Shown here piece after piece: positions 25,975 through 35,379 of a stretch of DNA of 35,864 bases (position 1 is the stretch's first letter; each line of letters starts with the position of its first letter). The stretch lies in the UHGV virus genome UHGV-0042415. The stretch is one strand, 5' to 3'. The notes below the pieces were generated by a model, which saw nothing but the letters and a program-made list of their open reading frames with translations, did not search any database and was not told where the DNA came from. The DNA is from a virus. A program made the position numbers and the translations under genes.

Positions 25975-26594
25975 TGCAAAAATATAACGTCAATATTCAG
26001 GAAGGAAAAATTGGTGAGAACGGTCTGGCCAGCGTGGCCGGATGGGTTAAGTGCTACCTTGCTAATCCTGTAACACGCGAATACATGGGGTCCACCATGG
26101 AATATGTCATGTTCGATGTGTCCCTGTCAGAAGGTGCATATCTGGATGAACCTCAGTTACCAGTAAAAGCCAGTCAGGCGGTTCGACGCACGGAAGATGG
26201 AACAGCCTGGGAAATTGTCGACGATTATCGTGGGATGGAAGCCTTTAATACACAAACCAGAGAGTCCGTAACCATTAATTTTATTGGTCCATTGCCCGAA
26301 ATATTAACAATGCACAAACCCACAAGCGAATTTGACAGATGGGATGGCCATCGCTGGGTGGAGGACAAAGAAGCAGCCAGAAAAGCCAGGATTGATGCTG
26401 TCAGAAAACACAAAGCAGCGTTATCAGAAGAAGCGGAAACACGCATCGCTCAGCTTGAGCGAAAAGTTCGTCTGGAACTTGCATCAGATGAAGAAAAAGA
26501 ACTGCTGAAAGCATGGGAAATCTACACAATAAAACTCGATGATATCAATCCTGAAATAACAACGGATATTAAACTGCCGGAGAAGCCAGAATAA
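25974..26594 (+). CDS. G: Tail fibre assembly chaperone (P2 gpG-like)
   Basis: 206 aa; 1-nt overlap with the H stop. Confidence 0.8.
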   Translation: MQKYNVNIQEGKIGENGLASVAGWVKCYLANPVTREYMGSTMEYVMFDVSLSEGAYLDEPQLPVKASQAVRRTEDGTAWEIVDDYRGMEAFNTQTRESVTINFIGPLPEILTMHKPTSEFDRWDGHRWVEDKEAARKARIDAVRKHKAALSEEAETRIAQLERKVRLELASDEEKELLKAWEIYTIKLDDINPEITTDIKLPEKPE

Positions 26595-26611
26595 TTAATG
26601 TTTCCGGCAAT

Positions 26612-26663
26612 CTGTCGGATAACCGGATAAAACCAGCCCCGGCAATTCCGACAGTTTCTTTTT
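26612..26663 (+). terminator. Hairpin plus T-run terminator after G
   Basis: ctgtcgga ... tccgacag 8 bp stem followed by tttcttttt; lies between convergent G and U. Confidence 0.55.
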
Positions 26664-26713
26664 ATAAAAACTTACCGCTGTGACCAGACTGGTTATCAGC
26701 GGTTCACTTCATA

Positions 26714-27208
26714 TCAGAACAGTGCTTTAACTGAACTTGTCGTATTATTCAGGGATGTGGTCACTTTTCCCTTTAGCTCTGACACCATATCGCTGAATGA
26801 GGAGGACTGAAGGCGTTCCCGCAGATCTTCGTCGCATCGCTCCAGCGTCAGGGAAAATTCTATTTTCTTCGCTTTCCCGTAGCGATCTAACTCAGAACGG
26901 GTCGTATTCGTTTCGGTCAGAACATACATGCCATAAATATGTCCGACACCATCAATCAGAGGCCAGGGTCGCCCTGTATACGCCTGTGTGGTCAGCAGCG
27001 ACAGTGACACTTCGCCACCTGTAATTTCAGGATAAAGCACGCCGGAAAGAACGATGCGATCATCACCTGCACCGATATACTGCCAGCTTGCAGAACGGTT
27101 AACGCGTTCATTTTTCACATGCCGCCAGCTTTTGTTTTGCTGCAACTGCTGATGCGGCAATGTGCGCAACTCAAAAACAAACATACCGTAAATCATCATC
27201 ATGACCAT
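26714..27208 (-). CDS. U: Tail protein U (P2 gpU-like)
   Basis: 164 aa; GMFVF..LPHQ...GVLYPEITGG...WPLIDGVGHIYGMYV matches remembered P2 gpU; on the minus strand. Confidence 0.88.
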   Translation of the reverse strand: MVMMMIYGMFVFELRTLPHQQLQQNKSWRHVKNERVNRSASWQYIGAGDDRIVLSGVLYPEITGGEVSLSLLTTQAYTGRPWPLIDGVGHIYGMYVLTETNTTRSELDRYGKAKKIEFSLTLERCDEDLRERLQSSSFSDMVSELKGKVTTSLNNTTSSVKALF

Positions 27209-27214
27209 GAATCC

Positions 27215-30052
27215 TTAATCTTTATCGTAAAAACGGCCACGTCCGGCACGGTCACGTCGTTCCATTTCTGTCCTGACCATTTCACCGACCAGTTTCGCCA
27301 GTTCGCGGGGATTCTGCGTAACAACGTTATGCAGATGAACATGAATTTCACCACCAAATCCGGAGGCAACAGGCTCCCGGTTACGGGGAGGAGCAGGAAC
27401 AGATGCCACTGGCGATCGTATGGCCTCCGCCACCGGGCGGGAGCTGGCAGCAACAACAGGGACCAGCGCCGGAGGCAGCGGAGCCGGGACCACGGGTGTG
27501 ATATTGATTGCGGGGGCAGGCTTACTGACCTGCGCAATCTTCCGCTCCTGCCACTCCCCACGAACGGCAAGTGCGCGTGGCAGGTTCTTAAAGACAATAT
27601 CGCCGGGGCCAATGCGTTTTTTCGTCTCATCAACCAGCTTACCTGTGTTATCAGCAATTTTGCTGAGTCTGCGTTGCGTACCGGTATTGCTGTCTGTGAG
27701 CGGTTTGTTGTCTTTGGGTTTATCGCCTCCGGTGCCATTTTCCGCTGGCTTCGGCGGATTGATTTTCGCCAGATCCCCCTGAAGCAAGGCAACCTTATCC
27801 TGAAGAATGGCCGCACGCTGTGCGTCTTCGATTTTCTTTCTCGCCCTTTCCGCTTCATCCGGAAGCACACCGAGCTTTTCAAGTATCCACGCCAGCGTAT
27901 CCAGCAGCATTTTTGCAGGCGTCAGAACAAGCTGTAGCGCACCACCAAGAACGTTACCAAATACCTCGCCAGCACTGGTGCACTTATCCAGTGTTTCCTT
28001 GCTGGACTCCATCGGTGACAGCAGCGATTTAAACCAGTTAAACACCTGGCTGATCCCGCTTCCGATTATGTCAAAAACAGGGCCAAACCGTTCAAAGGTT
28101 TCACGCAGCGGAGCCAGCTTTTCCATAATTCCGCTGAACACCCCGGCAAAAAATGCCTTAATCGGGTCCCAGTATTTCCAGATGAGAACCGCCGCAGCCA
28201 CAAGTGCAGCAGCAACCAGACCAACCGGACTGAACAGCGTCCCGAGAGCACCGCCCAGCAAAGAGACGGAACCCGTCACCATTCCCCATAGTGCAGGCAA
28301 CACCCTGACAACATTCATGGAACTGGTCAGAAGAGAAAAACCAAGACGCAACGTGGCCAGCTTCCCGTAAAGCACCCCAACAACCAGCGATAACGAGCCT
28401 ACGGTTGCTGTCATTGCCAGCAGCGCACCGCCTGCAATCAGCAACTGGCGCGTCAGTACCGGATGGGCCTGTGCCAGCGCCGTCACCTTTGTGACCACAC
28501 GCGTGAGCCACTGTGTGACAGAACGCAGCGGCCCATCAATCAGATCACTGATGCGAATACGCAGCCCTTCCCATGCGCTGCCGAGTGATTTCAGGTCGCC
28601 GTCAAGGTTGTCGGCCATAACCTTTGCTGTACGCTCTGCCTCACCGCGCGCAGCTTCAAGCTCTTTTCTCAGTTTGGGTAAGGAACCGTTACCCGCCGCA
28701 TCAACGAGCGCCATAAACGATGTGAAAGCCTCTTCTCCGGCAATGTCCTTAAAGAACGATACCCGGTCAACTTCCCCGTATTTGCGGGTGGCTTTATAAA
28801 GGTCGGCCAGCACATTCTCCATCGGGCGCATTTTGCCGTTCGCGTCAGAGACGGCCACACCCAGTTCTTTCAAAGCATCAGCGGTTGCCTTTGGCTGTGT
28901 TACCAGACGAGCCAGGCTGGCACGCATTGCCGTCCCGGCATCACTCCCCCTGATCCCCATATTCGCCAGCACACCCGCCATTGCTGCGGCCTGCTCCAGC
29001 GATATTCCCAGCTTGCCCGCCACCGGACCTGCATATTTCATGGTTTCACCCAGTGCGCGAAGGTCAGTGTTGGTTCGGGTAAACGCTGCGGTGAGTGTGT
29101 CACCGACCCGGTCCATCTGGTCAGCAGAAAGGCCGAACTGCGTCAGGATATTTGAGCCAATATCCGCCGTCTCGCCGAGGTCCATACCGCCAGCCGTTGC
29201 CATGTTCAGCACGCCGGGAAGCGCAGCCTGAATGGCTTCTGGTGTGAAGCCAGCCATTGCCAGAAAGCTCTGTCCACTGGCGGCATCGCCTGCGGTGAAC
29301 TGTGTTTCAGAGCCAAGTTTTAACGCCTGCTCACGCAGCGCCTTAAACTGCGGGCTGTTTTTGTCGATTCGCGTCAGTGCCTGAACGCGGGACATCTCTT
29401 TCCCGAACCCGATGGCAGGCTGTAAAAAACGCCCGGCAGCATAGCCGCCAGCCGCTGCCGCGCCAATTGCCAGCGCACCACCCGTTTTCAGTTTTCCCGC
29501 TGTTTCCTGCGCGCGCGAATACCGCTCACGCGCCCGTGTTACACGCGCAAGCGCCTGCCGTTCGCGTTCAAGCTGGTTGTTGTATTGTTCGGTGCGTCTG
29601 ATGGCCTGCTGGATGGTGTTATCGCTACCTGTCAGGGAAATGCCGTGGCGTTTCAGCTCTCCGCCAAGTTCCCGCATTTTCTGAATTTCCCGTGTGCGCG
29701 ATTCGTTCAGGCGTTCAAGCCGGGTGCTTAACTGCTGCATCAGCTTTTGTTGTTTTTCGCTGAGCACTGTCCCCGAGCGTTGTAACTGTTGAAGGGCGTT
29801 AAGCTGGCGTCGTGCTTTCACGATGCCCGCATCCGCTTTACTGACAGCGTCACGGGCGCGCTCAAATGAACGCGCCTGACGCTCAAGATTTTTGATCGCC
29901 CCCTGCGTTCGCTGGATGGAGTCACCAAACTGTCCCATCAGACGGCGGGCGCTTTCGACAGGCCGGGTCAGCCTGTCAACGGCGCTGAAAGCGACCCGGA
30001 TATCAAGAGTCTTCATTGTCTGCATTCCCGCTGCGAAGTGCCGCCCGCTCAC
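27215..30052 (-). CDS. T: Tail tape measure protein (P2 gpT-like)
   Basis: 945 aa; coiled-coil N-terminal half, Ala/Gly-rich hydrophobic central segments; follows E/E'. Confidence 0.92.
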   Translation of the reverse strand: MSGRHFAAGMQTMKTLDIRVAFSAVDRLTRPVESARRLMGQFGDSIQRTQGAIKNLERQARSFERARDAVSKADAGIVKARRQLNALQQLQRSGTVLSEKQQKLMQQLSTRLERLNESRTREIQKMRELGGELKRHGISLTGSDNTIQQAIRRTEQYNNQLERERQALARVTRARERYSRAQETAGKLKTGGALAIGAAAAGGYAAGRFLQPAIGFGKEMSRVQALTRIDKNSPQFKALREQALKLGSETQFTAGDAASGQSFLAMAGFTPEAIQAALPGVLNMATAGGMDLGETADIGSNILTQFGLSADQMDRVGDTLTAAFTRTNTDLRALGETMKYAGPVAGKLGISLEQAAAMAGVLANMGIRGSDAGTAMRASLARLVTQPKATADALKELGVAVSDANGKMRPMENVLADLYKATRKYGEVDRVSFFKDIAGEEAFTSFMALVDAAGNGSLPKLRKELEAARGEAERTAKVMADNLDGDLKSLGSAWEGLRIRISDLIDGPLRSVTQWLTRVVTKVTALAQAHPVLTRQLLIAGGALLAMTATVGSLSLVVGVLYGKLATLRLGFSLLTSSMNVVRVLPALWGMVTGSVSLLGGALGTLFSPVGLVAAALVAAAVLIWKYWDPIKAFFAGVFSGIMEKLAPLRETFERFGPVFDIIGSGISQVFNWFKSLLSPMESSKETLDKCTSAGEVFGNVLGGALQLVLTPAKMLLDTLAWILEKLGVLPDEAERARKKIEDAQRAAILQDKVALLQGDLAKINPPKPAENGTGGDKPKDNKPLTDSNTGTQRRLSKIADNTGKLVDETKKRIGPGDIVFKNLPRALAVRGEWQERKIAQVSKPAPAINITPVVPAPLPPALVPVVAASSRPVAEAIRSPVASVPAPPRNREPVASGFGGEIHVHLHNVVTQNPRELAKLVGEMVRTEMERRDRAGRGRFYDKD

Positions 30053-30532
30053 GCCAGCTAACCACTTCGCCGGGCGTCATCATGAAGATTTCGGCGGGCG
30101 ACCAGTTAAAAATAACGGCAATATCTGCCACAAAGTCTTCTATGTGCTCAAAGCACAAAACTGTGATCAGGCTTCCGTCGCCTGTTCGTTCTTCCCGCCA
30201 GAGTCCGCACCGCTCAAAAAATTTACGGCAACCACGCATAACTGAATAAAGTCACGGGATGCCATTTTTTTGATCGTCACTTCATCCAGTCGCGGTGATG
30301 TCACGCGTGACAGCAGCGTAAACATGGATTCCGCTTTCAGATTCAGCACATCAGACAGCGACAAATCTCGCAGAGATCCAGCCTGCTCAATAGCCCCGGT
30401 GATCTCCACAAACGTGATTTTTTCGCCGCCACGCTCAATGGGTTGGGTAAGTTTTACGCCACGCTCACTGGTTTCTTTCACAGTATCAGCAACTACCGTG
30501 TTTTCGGTATCGATGTTTTTCGTCTCTTTCAT
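30003..30532 (-). CDS. Tail assembly chaperone E+E' (programmed -1 frameshift product)
   Basis: Slippery heptamer TTTTTTG on the minus strand (plus-strand 30215..30221) joins the E frame to the overlapping ORF 30003..30239, as in the P2 E/E' and lambda G/GT arrangement. Confidence 0.7.
30167..30532 (-). CDS. E: Tail assembly chaperone E (P2 gpE-like)
   Basis: 121 aa; contains the TTTTTTG slippery site near its 3' end. Confidence 0.85.
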   Translation of the reverse strand: MKETKNIDTENTVVADTVKETSERGVKLTQPIERGGEKITFVEITGAIEQAGSLRDLSLSDVLNLKAESMFTLLSRVTSPRLDEVTIKKMASRDFIQLCVVAVNFLSGADSGGKNEQATEA

Positions 30533-30586
30533 CAGGAAACTCCTTTCAGTCAGAGGCGACGCACTGCGCCGCCTGCATATTACTTA

Positions 30587-31099
30587 TCAGCCAAGCCCAA
30601 GTGCGGAACGGATGCGATCGGGCACAATGTCCTTACCGTCCTTCCGGTAAATGAAGTTCAGCAGGTCAATCTCCCACAACGGACGATCGTTAACGCTCAG
30701 CTTGTAGTAGGTGTTTTTAATGGCGTAAGTGTGCGACGTGGCTTCGCCCTGCTTGGCTTCCCCCATATCAATTTCCGTCACACGTCCGCGCATTTCGACT
30801 TCATACAGGTCGCTTTCTGCATCGGTGTAGTATTCGCCCGCAAAACGCAGCAGCGTGCCGTCAATCGTGCCGCCATACTTAAGGAACAGCTCACGAACTG
30901 CGCCCCCCATGACAAAGCTCGCATCAAGCGCGGAGTCGTCCAGACCGAGATCAATACTTACCGCGCCCATCATGCCACCACCCCGGTAGCTGTCGGTTTT
31001 GCGCGTCAGTTTAGGCAGGGTGACAGACGTCACCTTACCCACTTCGTTTTCACCATCCACAAACAGCGTAAAAAAGCGAAGATGTTTTGGTACAGCCAT
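30587..31099 (-). CDS. FII: Tail tube protein (P2 gpFII-like)
   Basis: 170 aa; directly downstream of the sheath gene. Confidence 0.88.
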   Translation of the reverse strand: MAVPKHLRFFTLFVDGENEVGKVTSVTLPKLTRKTDSYRGGGMMGAVSIDLGLDDSALDASFVMGGAVRELFLKYGGTIDGTLLRFAGEYYTDAESDLYEVEMRGRVTEIDMGEAKQGEATSHTYAIKNTYYKLSVNDRPLWEIDLLNFIYRKDGKDIVPDRIRSALGLG

Positions 31100-32283
31100 C
31101 AGGCACCTCCCAGAACCGCAAATGCGGGTCCAAAGAATTCATCAGTAAACGACTGGTAAAGTTCCATGTCTTCCAGTGGAGGAGCTGGCGTATATTTGTA
31201 GCGAATACGCACCCGCCCCTGACGTAAATCCGTGGTGCCGTTATCCACCACGTCATACCAGCACGACGCCCCAATCAGTTTCCCGGCAGTAACCAGTGAA
31301 TCCAGTTTTGCCCTGACGGCACTGATAACATCCTTCACATTCACGGGTGTTAATGGGCTGTCAATGGTTTCAAACTGCGCTTCCGCAATCGTGTCAGCCA
31401 GGACCTGTGCGGTACGGGTATACACCTCAAAGATGTAGGCTTTTGTTTCCGGTGTGCGGTTGCCCCAGAAGCGGAACCCGTTGCGACGAATAATGGTCGT
31501 GATTTCCTGGTTGTTGAGGCTGTTGGCATCACTGTCTTCGGCCTGCAACGACCAGAACACATGTCTGGACATTCCCAGCACATTTTTAACCGGAACGTTG
31601 GACAGCGATTTGTGCCAGCCCTGCTCATGGTCAATGTACGCACGAAGGCCGCACGCATAGGCAGGCGCGGGGAACACTTCGTTTTTGCCACTTTTCGGGT
31701 TCCAGGCGATGAAGTCCGGCCATAAGAGCATCACCTCACGTTCGTTGAATTTCTGGCGGTAGGTAATTGCCTCAGCCATCGTGTTACAGCCGTGACATGA
31801 GGCATACACAAACGCGCGCAGTTTACCCGCAATCACGCACAGGGATTTTGTTACCGCCTCCGTGTCCAGCTCCGGCGCGGCCAGAATACGCGGACGGTAT
31901 CCGATGCTTTCCTCCTGCTCTGCAACAAGCAGCGCATACATCCCCGTATAGCTGCCGTCAGATTCAGAACCACCGATAACCAGTTGATCCTGCGTCTTAC
32001 CGCCCTCTTCTTTGTGTTCAGCCACGCGAACGACGATCACCTTTGTGCTCACCTGGTCTGCGATAGCCTTAAGCGCACGATAAAGCGTCCCCGTTGTTCC
32101 GCATTTTCCCAGCACGTCATTGACGCGGGTCAGCAGTGTGGGCTTGTTCAGCGGGAACAGCTTCGCGTCCGCATCATCCGCCGTTGCCACGATACCGATA
32201 ACACTGGAATCAACATCGTTAATCGCTGTTACCAGGTCGGTATTTTCCGTAACACGGGCACCATGAAAACGAGTTTCACTCAT
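31099..32283 (-). CDS. FI: Tail sheath protein (P2 gpFI-like)
   Basis: 394 aa; TLSNV...IRRNGFRFWGNRT...YTRTAQVLADTIAEA...YTPAPPLE match remembered P2 FI. Confidence 0.92.
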   Translation of the reverse strand: MSETRFHGARVTENTDLVTAINDVDSSVIGIVATADDADAKLFPLNKPTLLTRVNDVLGKCGTTGTLYRALKAIADQVSTKVIVVRVAEHKEEGGKTQDQLVIGGSESDGSYTGMYALLVAEQEESIGYRPRILAAPELDTEAVTKSLCVIAGKLRAFVYASCHGCNTMAEAITYRQKFNEREVMLLWPDFIAWNPKSGKNEVFPAPAYACGLRAYIDHEQGWHKSLSNVPVKNVLGMSRHVFWSLQAEDSDANSLNNQEITTIIRRNGFRFWGNRTPETKAYIFEVYTRTAQVLADTIAEAQFETIDSPLTPVNVKDVISAVRAKLDSLVTAGKLIGASCWYDVVDNGTTDLRQGRVRIRYKYTPAPPLEDMELYQSFTDEFFGPAFAVLGGA

Positions 32284-32440
32284 AGCTTCAGCCCCTTGTA
32301 TCCGTTAAATGATTAGGCAACAATCATCACCCACCACGCGCGTAATCTCACCCCTGCGCCATTCTCCCGCCACGGCGACAACAAAAAGCAGTAACCCCCT
32401 CCGCACGCACATGCGACCATGCCGCACAGGGAGGGAACAG

Positions 32441-33550
32441 ATGACCGACACCACCATGCAATTGCTCAGTCAGGGCACAGACCCTGTAAAAATGCCGGAT
32501 TTTGATATTCTCGCGGAGGGTAAAACGCTGTCAGGCGTGGCAGAGCGCCTGATGAGCCTGTCACTGACCGACAACCGTGGATTTGAGGCGGACCAGCTCA
32601 CCATCACGCTGGATGATGCGGATGGTCAGTTGCAGCTACCGCCACGGGGCGCGCGCCTGACGGTTCTCATTGGCTGGAAAGGAGAACCGCTGACAGAAAA
32701 AGGCACTTACATTGTTGATGAAATCGCTCACGAAGGACCGCCGGACAGGCTGACTGTTTCAGCCAGAAGCGCAGATTTTCGGGATGAATTTAACGTTAAA
32801 CGTGAGGTGTCCTGGCATGATGTGACCGTTGAGCGTGTGGTATCCGCCATCGCTCATCGGTACGGTCTGAAACCACAAATCAGCGAAATACTGATGGATA
32901 TTGAAATCGACCACGCCGACCAGACCGAAGAAAGCGACATGTCCTTCCTTACGCGCATGGCGGAAATGCTGGGCGCAATCACCACGGTAAAAAGCGGTAA
33001 TCTGTTATTCATCATGCCTGGCGGTGGCGTGAACGCACAGGGCCAGCCGTTGCCCTCATTCGCCATCACACGCAGCAGTGGCGATCGCCATCAGTTCCGC
33101 ATTGCTGACCGCGAAGCGTATACGGGGGTACGCGCTTACTGGCTTGATCTTAATTACGGGAAAAAGAAAAAAGTCAGCGTGAAACGCCGCAAACCGCCAA
33201 AACCCAAAAAGGAGAAAAGCAGCAGCCGTGAAGGTGATTATATGGAAGGCGCGGAAGGCAATGTGTTTGTGTTACGCAAGACTTATCAGAACGAGCAGGC
33301 AGCAAGACGCGCAGCGGCGGCGAAGTGGCAGCAGCTACAACGCGGAGCCGCATCATTCTCCATCACGCTGGCACGTGGACGAGCAGAACTCTACCCCGAA
33401 ATGCATGGCACGGTAACAGGATTTAAAAGCGAGATTGATAATCAGGACTGGATTATTGCAAAAGCCGAGCACACCATTGATAACAGTGGTTTTACCACAC
33501 AGCTTGAGCTTGAAGCAAAAATCCCGGAATGGATAGCAGAAACAGAGTGA
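32441..33550 (+). CDS. D: Tail protein D (P2 gpD-like)
   Basis: Start at the ATG at 32441 with SD gggaggg; LTDNRGFEADQLTITLDDADGQ...LPPRG...VDEI.H.GPPD...RSADF matches P2 gpD; lysine-rich internal linker. Confidence 0.9.
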   Translation: MTDTTMQLLSQGTDPVKMPDFDILAEGKTLSGVAERLMSLSLTDNRGFEADQLTITLDDADGQLQLPPRGARLTVLIGWKGEPLTEKGTYIVDEIAHEGPPDRLTVSARSADFRDEFNVKREVSWHDVTVERVVSAIAHRYGLKPQISEILMDIEIDHADQTEESDMSFLTRMAEMLGAITTVKSGNLLFIMPGGGVNAQGQPLPSFAITRSSGDRHQFRIADREAYTGVRAYWLDLNYGKKKKVSVKRRKPPKPKKEKSSSREGDYMEGAEGNVFVLRKTYQNEQAARRAAAAKWQQLQRGAASFSITLARGRAELYPEMHGTVTGFKSEIDNQDWIIAKAEHTIDNSGFTTQLELEAKIPEWIAETE

Positions 33551-33676
33551 ACAACCTCGACGTTTTACTTAATATACAATAGCCTTCTGGACACGGTAAG
33601 GCAAGAACAAGGGTAAAAGATCCTTTACTGTCAGAGTTACAGGTTATACCTGTAAGCAAAAACAAAGGCATATATT

Positions 33677-34435
33677 ATGTTCAGTTTATTTTCGTTAACT
33701 GCCGGAGCAAATGTGCGCTGGCATGATTTACCTGGTAAAGGTATTCCTGTTGTTTTTATTCATGGGCTTGGCTGTTCCTCTTCTTATGAATATCCACGGG
33801 TTGTTGCAGATCCTGCATTTGGTGGACAACGAGCGATATTGATAGATCTCCCTGGATATGGATTCAGTGATAAGCCTAAAGGATTCGATTACAGCATATC
33901 CCATCAAGCTAAAGTTGTTATTGAAGTAGTAGAAACCTTAAATCTCTCACAGTTCCATATTTATGGTCACAGTATGGGGGGAAGTATTGCGATTGAAGTG
34001 GCCAGACAACTACATGAGAGAACAAGAAAGCTTGTGGTTTCTGAGCCTAATTTTCACTCTGGTGGAGGTACCTATAGCCGTAAGATAATAGAGAAACCAG
34101 AAGCAGAGTTTATTTCGCATATATATAATGAATTACTGGAGTGTGAAACATCCCCATGGAAAGGTGAACTCCAGAATGCAGCCCCATGGGCAATATGGCG
34201 AGGAGCCAAAAGTCTGGTTGATGGAACCACTCCATCATGGAGAGATATATTCCTTAATCTGCCCTGTTCACGTACACTAATTTTTGGCGAACAATCATTG
34301 CCAGACAATGATTTCCAGCAAATAAAAGAATCTGGAATATCTGTTGCAATAGTGCCAAACGCTGGACACTCCATGTCATGGGAAAATCCATCAGCACTGG
34401 CCTCAATTTTACATACAGAATTTTATAGAAAGTAA
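33677..34435 (+). CDS. Alpha/beta-hydrolase fold protein (putative esterase/lipase), AT-rich moron
   Basis: 252 aa; HG oxyanion motif (VVFIHGLG), nucleophile elbow GHSMGG, C-terminal His in AGHSMSW; markedly AT-rich with AT-rich flanks. Confidence 0.75.
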   Translation: MFSLFSLTAGANVRWHDLPGKGIPVVFIHGLGCSSSYEYPRVVADPAFGGQRAILIDLPGYGFSDKPKGFDYSISHQAKVVIEVVETLNLSQFHIYGHSMGGSIAIEVARQLHERTRKLVVSEPNFHSGGGTYSRKIIEKPEAEFISHIYNELLECETSPWKGELQNAAPWAIWRGAKSLVDGTTPSWRDIFLNLPCSRTLIFGEQSLPDNDFQQIKESGISVAIVPNAGHSMSWENPSALASILHTEFYRK

Positions 34436-34480
34436 AATAACCTATACATAGATATTGTTTCCACCAACATCATATTATCA

Positions 34481-34512
34481 AAGAGCAGGGCAAATTTACC
34501 TCCTGCTCTTTT
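34481..34512 (+). terminator. Hairpin terminator after the hydrolase gene
   Basis: aagagcagg-(11 nt loop)-cctgctctt followed by tt. Confidence 0.5.
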
Positions 34513-34788
34513 ACTCAAATTAGATGATTTTATAGCACACATTTTATGAAATATTTAAAATCTATAAACTTATAAGAACATTTTTTATCAAAACACATAC
34601 ATAATGAACAATCTCTTTTATCATAATTAGTAAATTATCACTTGATAATAAATGACATACTAAATATGCATCAGGGTTAATTTTTATTAATAGATAAACG
34701 TCCATGCCTCAATCTGACCTGATTGTTGATTGGCATATTCACTAGTACAATTTAAAATCACGATAGCAGCACATTAAGGGAGGTCGCT

Positions 34789-35049
34789 ATGTTTCGTTGT
34801 CCGCTTTGTGGCGCATCTGCCCGTATCCGCACCAGTCGTCCGGAAAATGATTCAAACACCGTGCGGCAAAAGTATTACCAGTGTAACAACCTGGAATGCG
34901 GCGTATGCTTCTCAACACTGGAAGCTTTCCATAAATTCACATCAAAACACGCCTCCGGCGTTCACTCTTCAGAAGGTATCCCGTGGCATGAGCTGCCAGC
35001 TTCACACAGGGGAAACAATCAGATGAGTTTGCCTTTACCTCAGAATTAA
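34789..35049 (+). CDS. ogr: Zinc-finger late gene transcriptional activator (Ogr/Delta family)
   Basis: 86 aa; MFRCPLCGASARIRTSR...YYQCNNLECGVCF matches the P2 Ogr Cys4 finger (MFHCPLCQHAAHARTSR...YHQCQNVNCSATF); SD aagggagg upstream. Confidence 0.9.
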   Translation: MFRCPLCGASARIRTSRPENDSNTVRQKYYQCNNLECGVCFSTLEAFHKFTSKHASGVHSSEGIPWHELPASHRGNNQMSLPLPQN

Positions 35050-35238
35050 CAGGCAGAATTGCCGGAGTAACAAAAAAGCGATAGATTACGTGCGGGTGCC
35101 TTTCGGCTGATGGTCGGAGGGAATACCCGAAGGCCGGATGTGGAAAGGCCCCGGAAAACATTTCTGTTTAACCGAGGCCCTAACCCGTCAACCTAGCAAG
35201 TGATAGGTTAGCGCCTCTCCAACAAAGGAGCAAGCGCT

Positions 35239-35379
35239 ATGTCGCAAAAATCGCTTACGGCCATCACGTTCTGCGTGACGGTAATCCTCATCATCTGGAT
35301 GCTGCACGGTTCGCTGTGTGAAATACGGATGAGCTTCTGGGGAGCGGAGTTTGCGGCGTTCTTACAGTGTAAGCAGTAA
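35239..35379 (+). CDS. hok: Hok/Gef-family type I toxin (small membrane toxin)
   Basis: 46 aa MSQKSLTAITFCVTVILIIWMLHGSLCEIRMSFWGAEFAAFLQCKQ; TM helix followed by the family signature SLCEI...AAF; SD aaggag upstream; stable hairpin gacgggga-ggcaac-tccccgtc downstream; too short for the ORF track. Confidence 0.8.
   Translation: MSQKSLTAITFCVTVILIIWMLHGSLCEIRMSFWGAEFAAFLQCKQ

Larger units (their letters stand above)
50..35049. mobile_element. P2-like temperate prophage, apparently complete (int to ogr)
   Basis: Contiguous P2-type gene set in P2-like order: int, repressor, gpA, Q, P, O, N, M, L, X, lysis genes, R, S, V, W, J, I, H, G, U, T, E/E', FII, FI, D, ogr. Proteins recognised from remembered P2 sequences; exact att boundaries not identified. 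Confidence 0.9.

Noticed and set aside
27119-27937. 272 aa plus-strand and 227 aa minus-strand ORFs overlapping the tape-measure gene
   Set aside because: Both are alternative frames of the 945 aa tape-measure gene, whose frame is continuous and family-typical; the overlapping ORFs are Arg/Ser/Pro-rich artefacts.
26595-32440. Invertible (flip-flop) segment mediated by inverted repeats at the tail-operon boundaries
   Set aside because: The two boundary regions share no obvious inverted repeat and no invertase gene (Gin/Cin/Hin-like) is present, so the inverted tail operon is reported as a fixed rearrangement or possible assembly issue rather than a programmed inversion.
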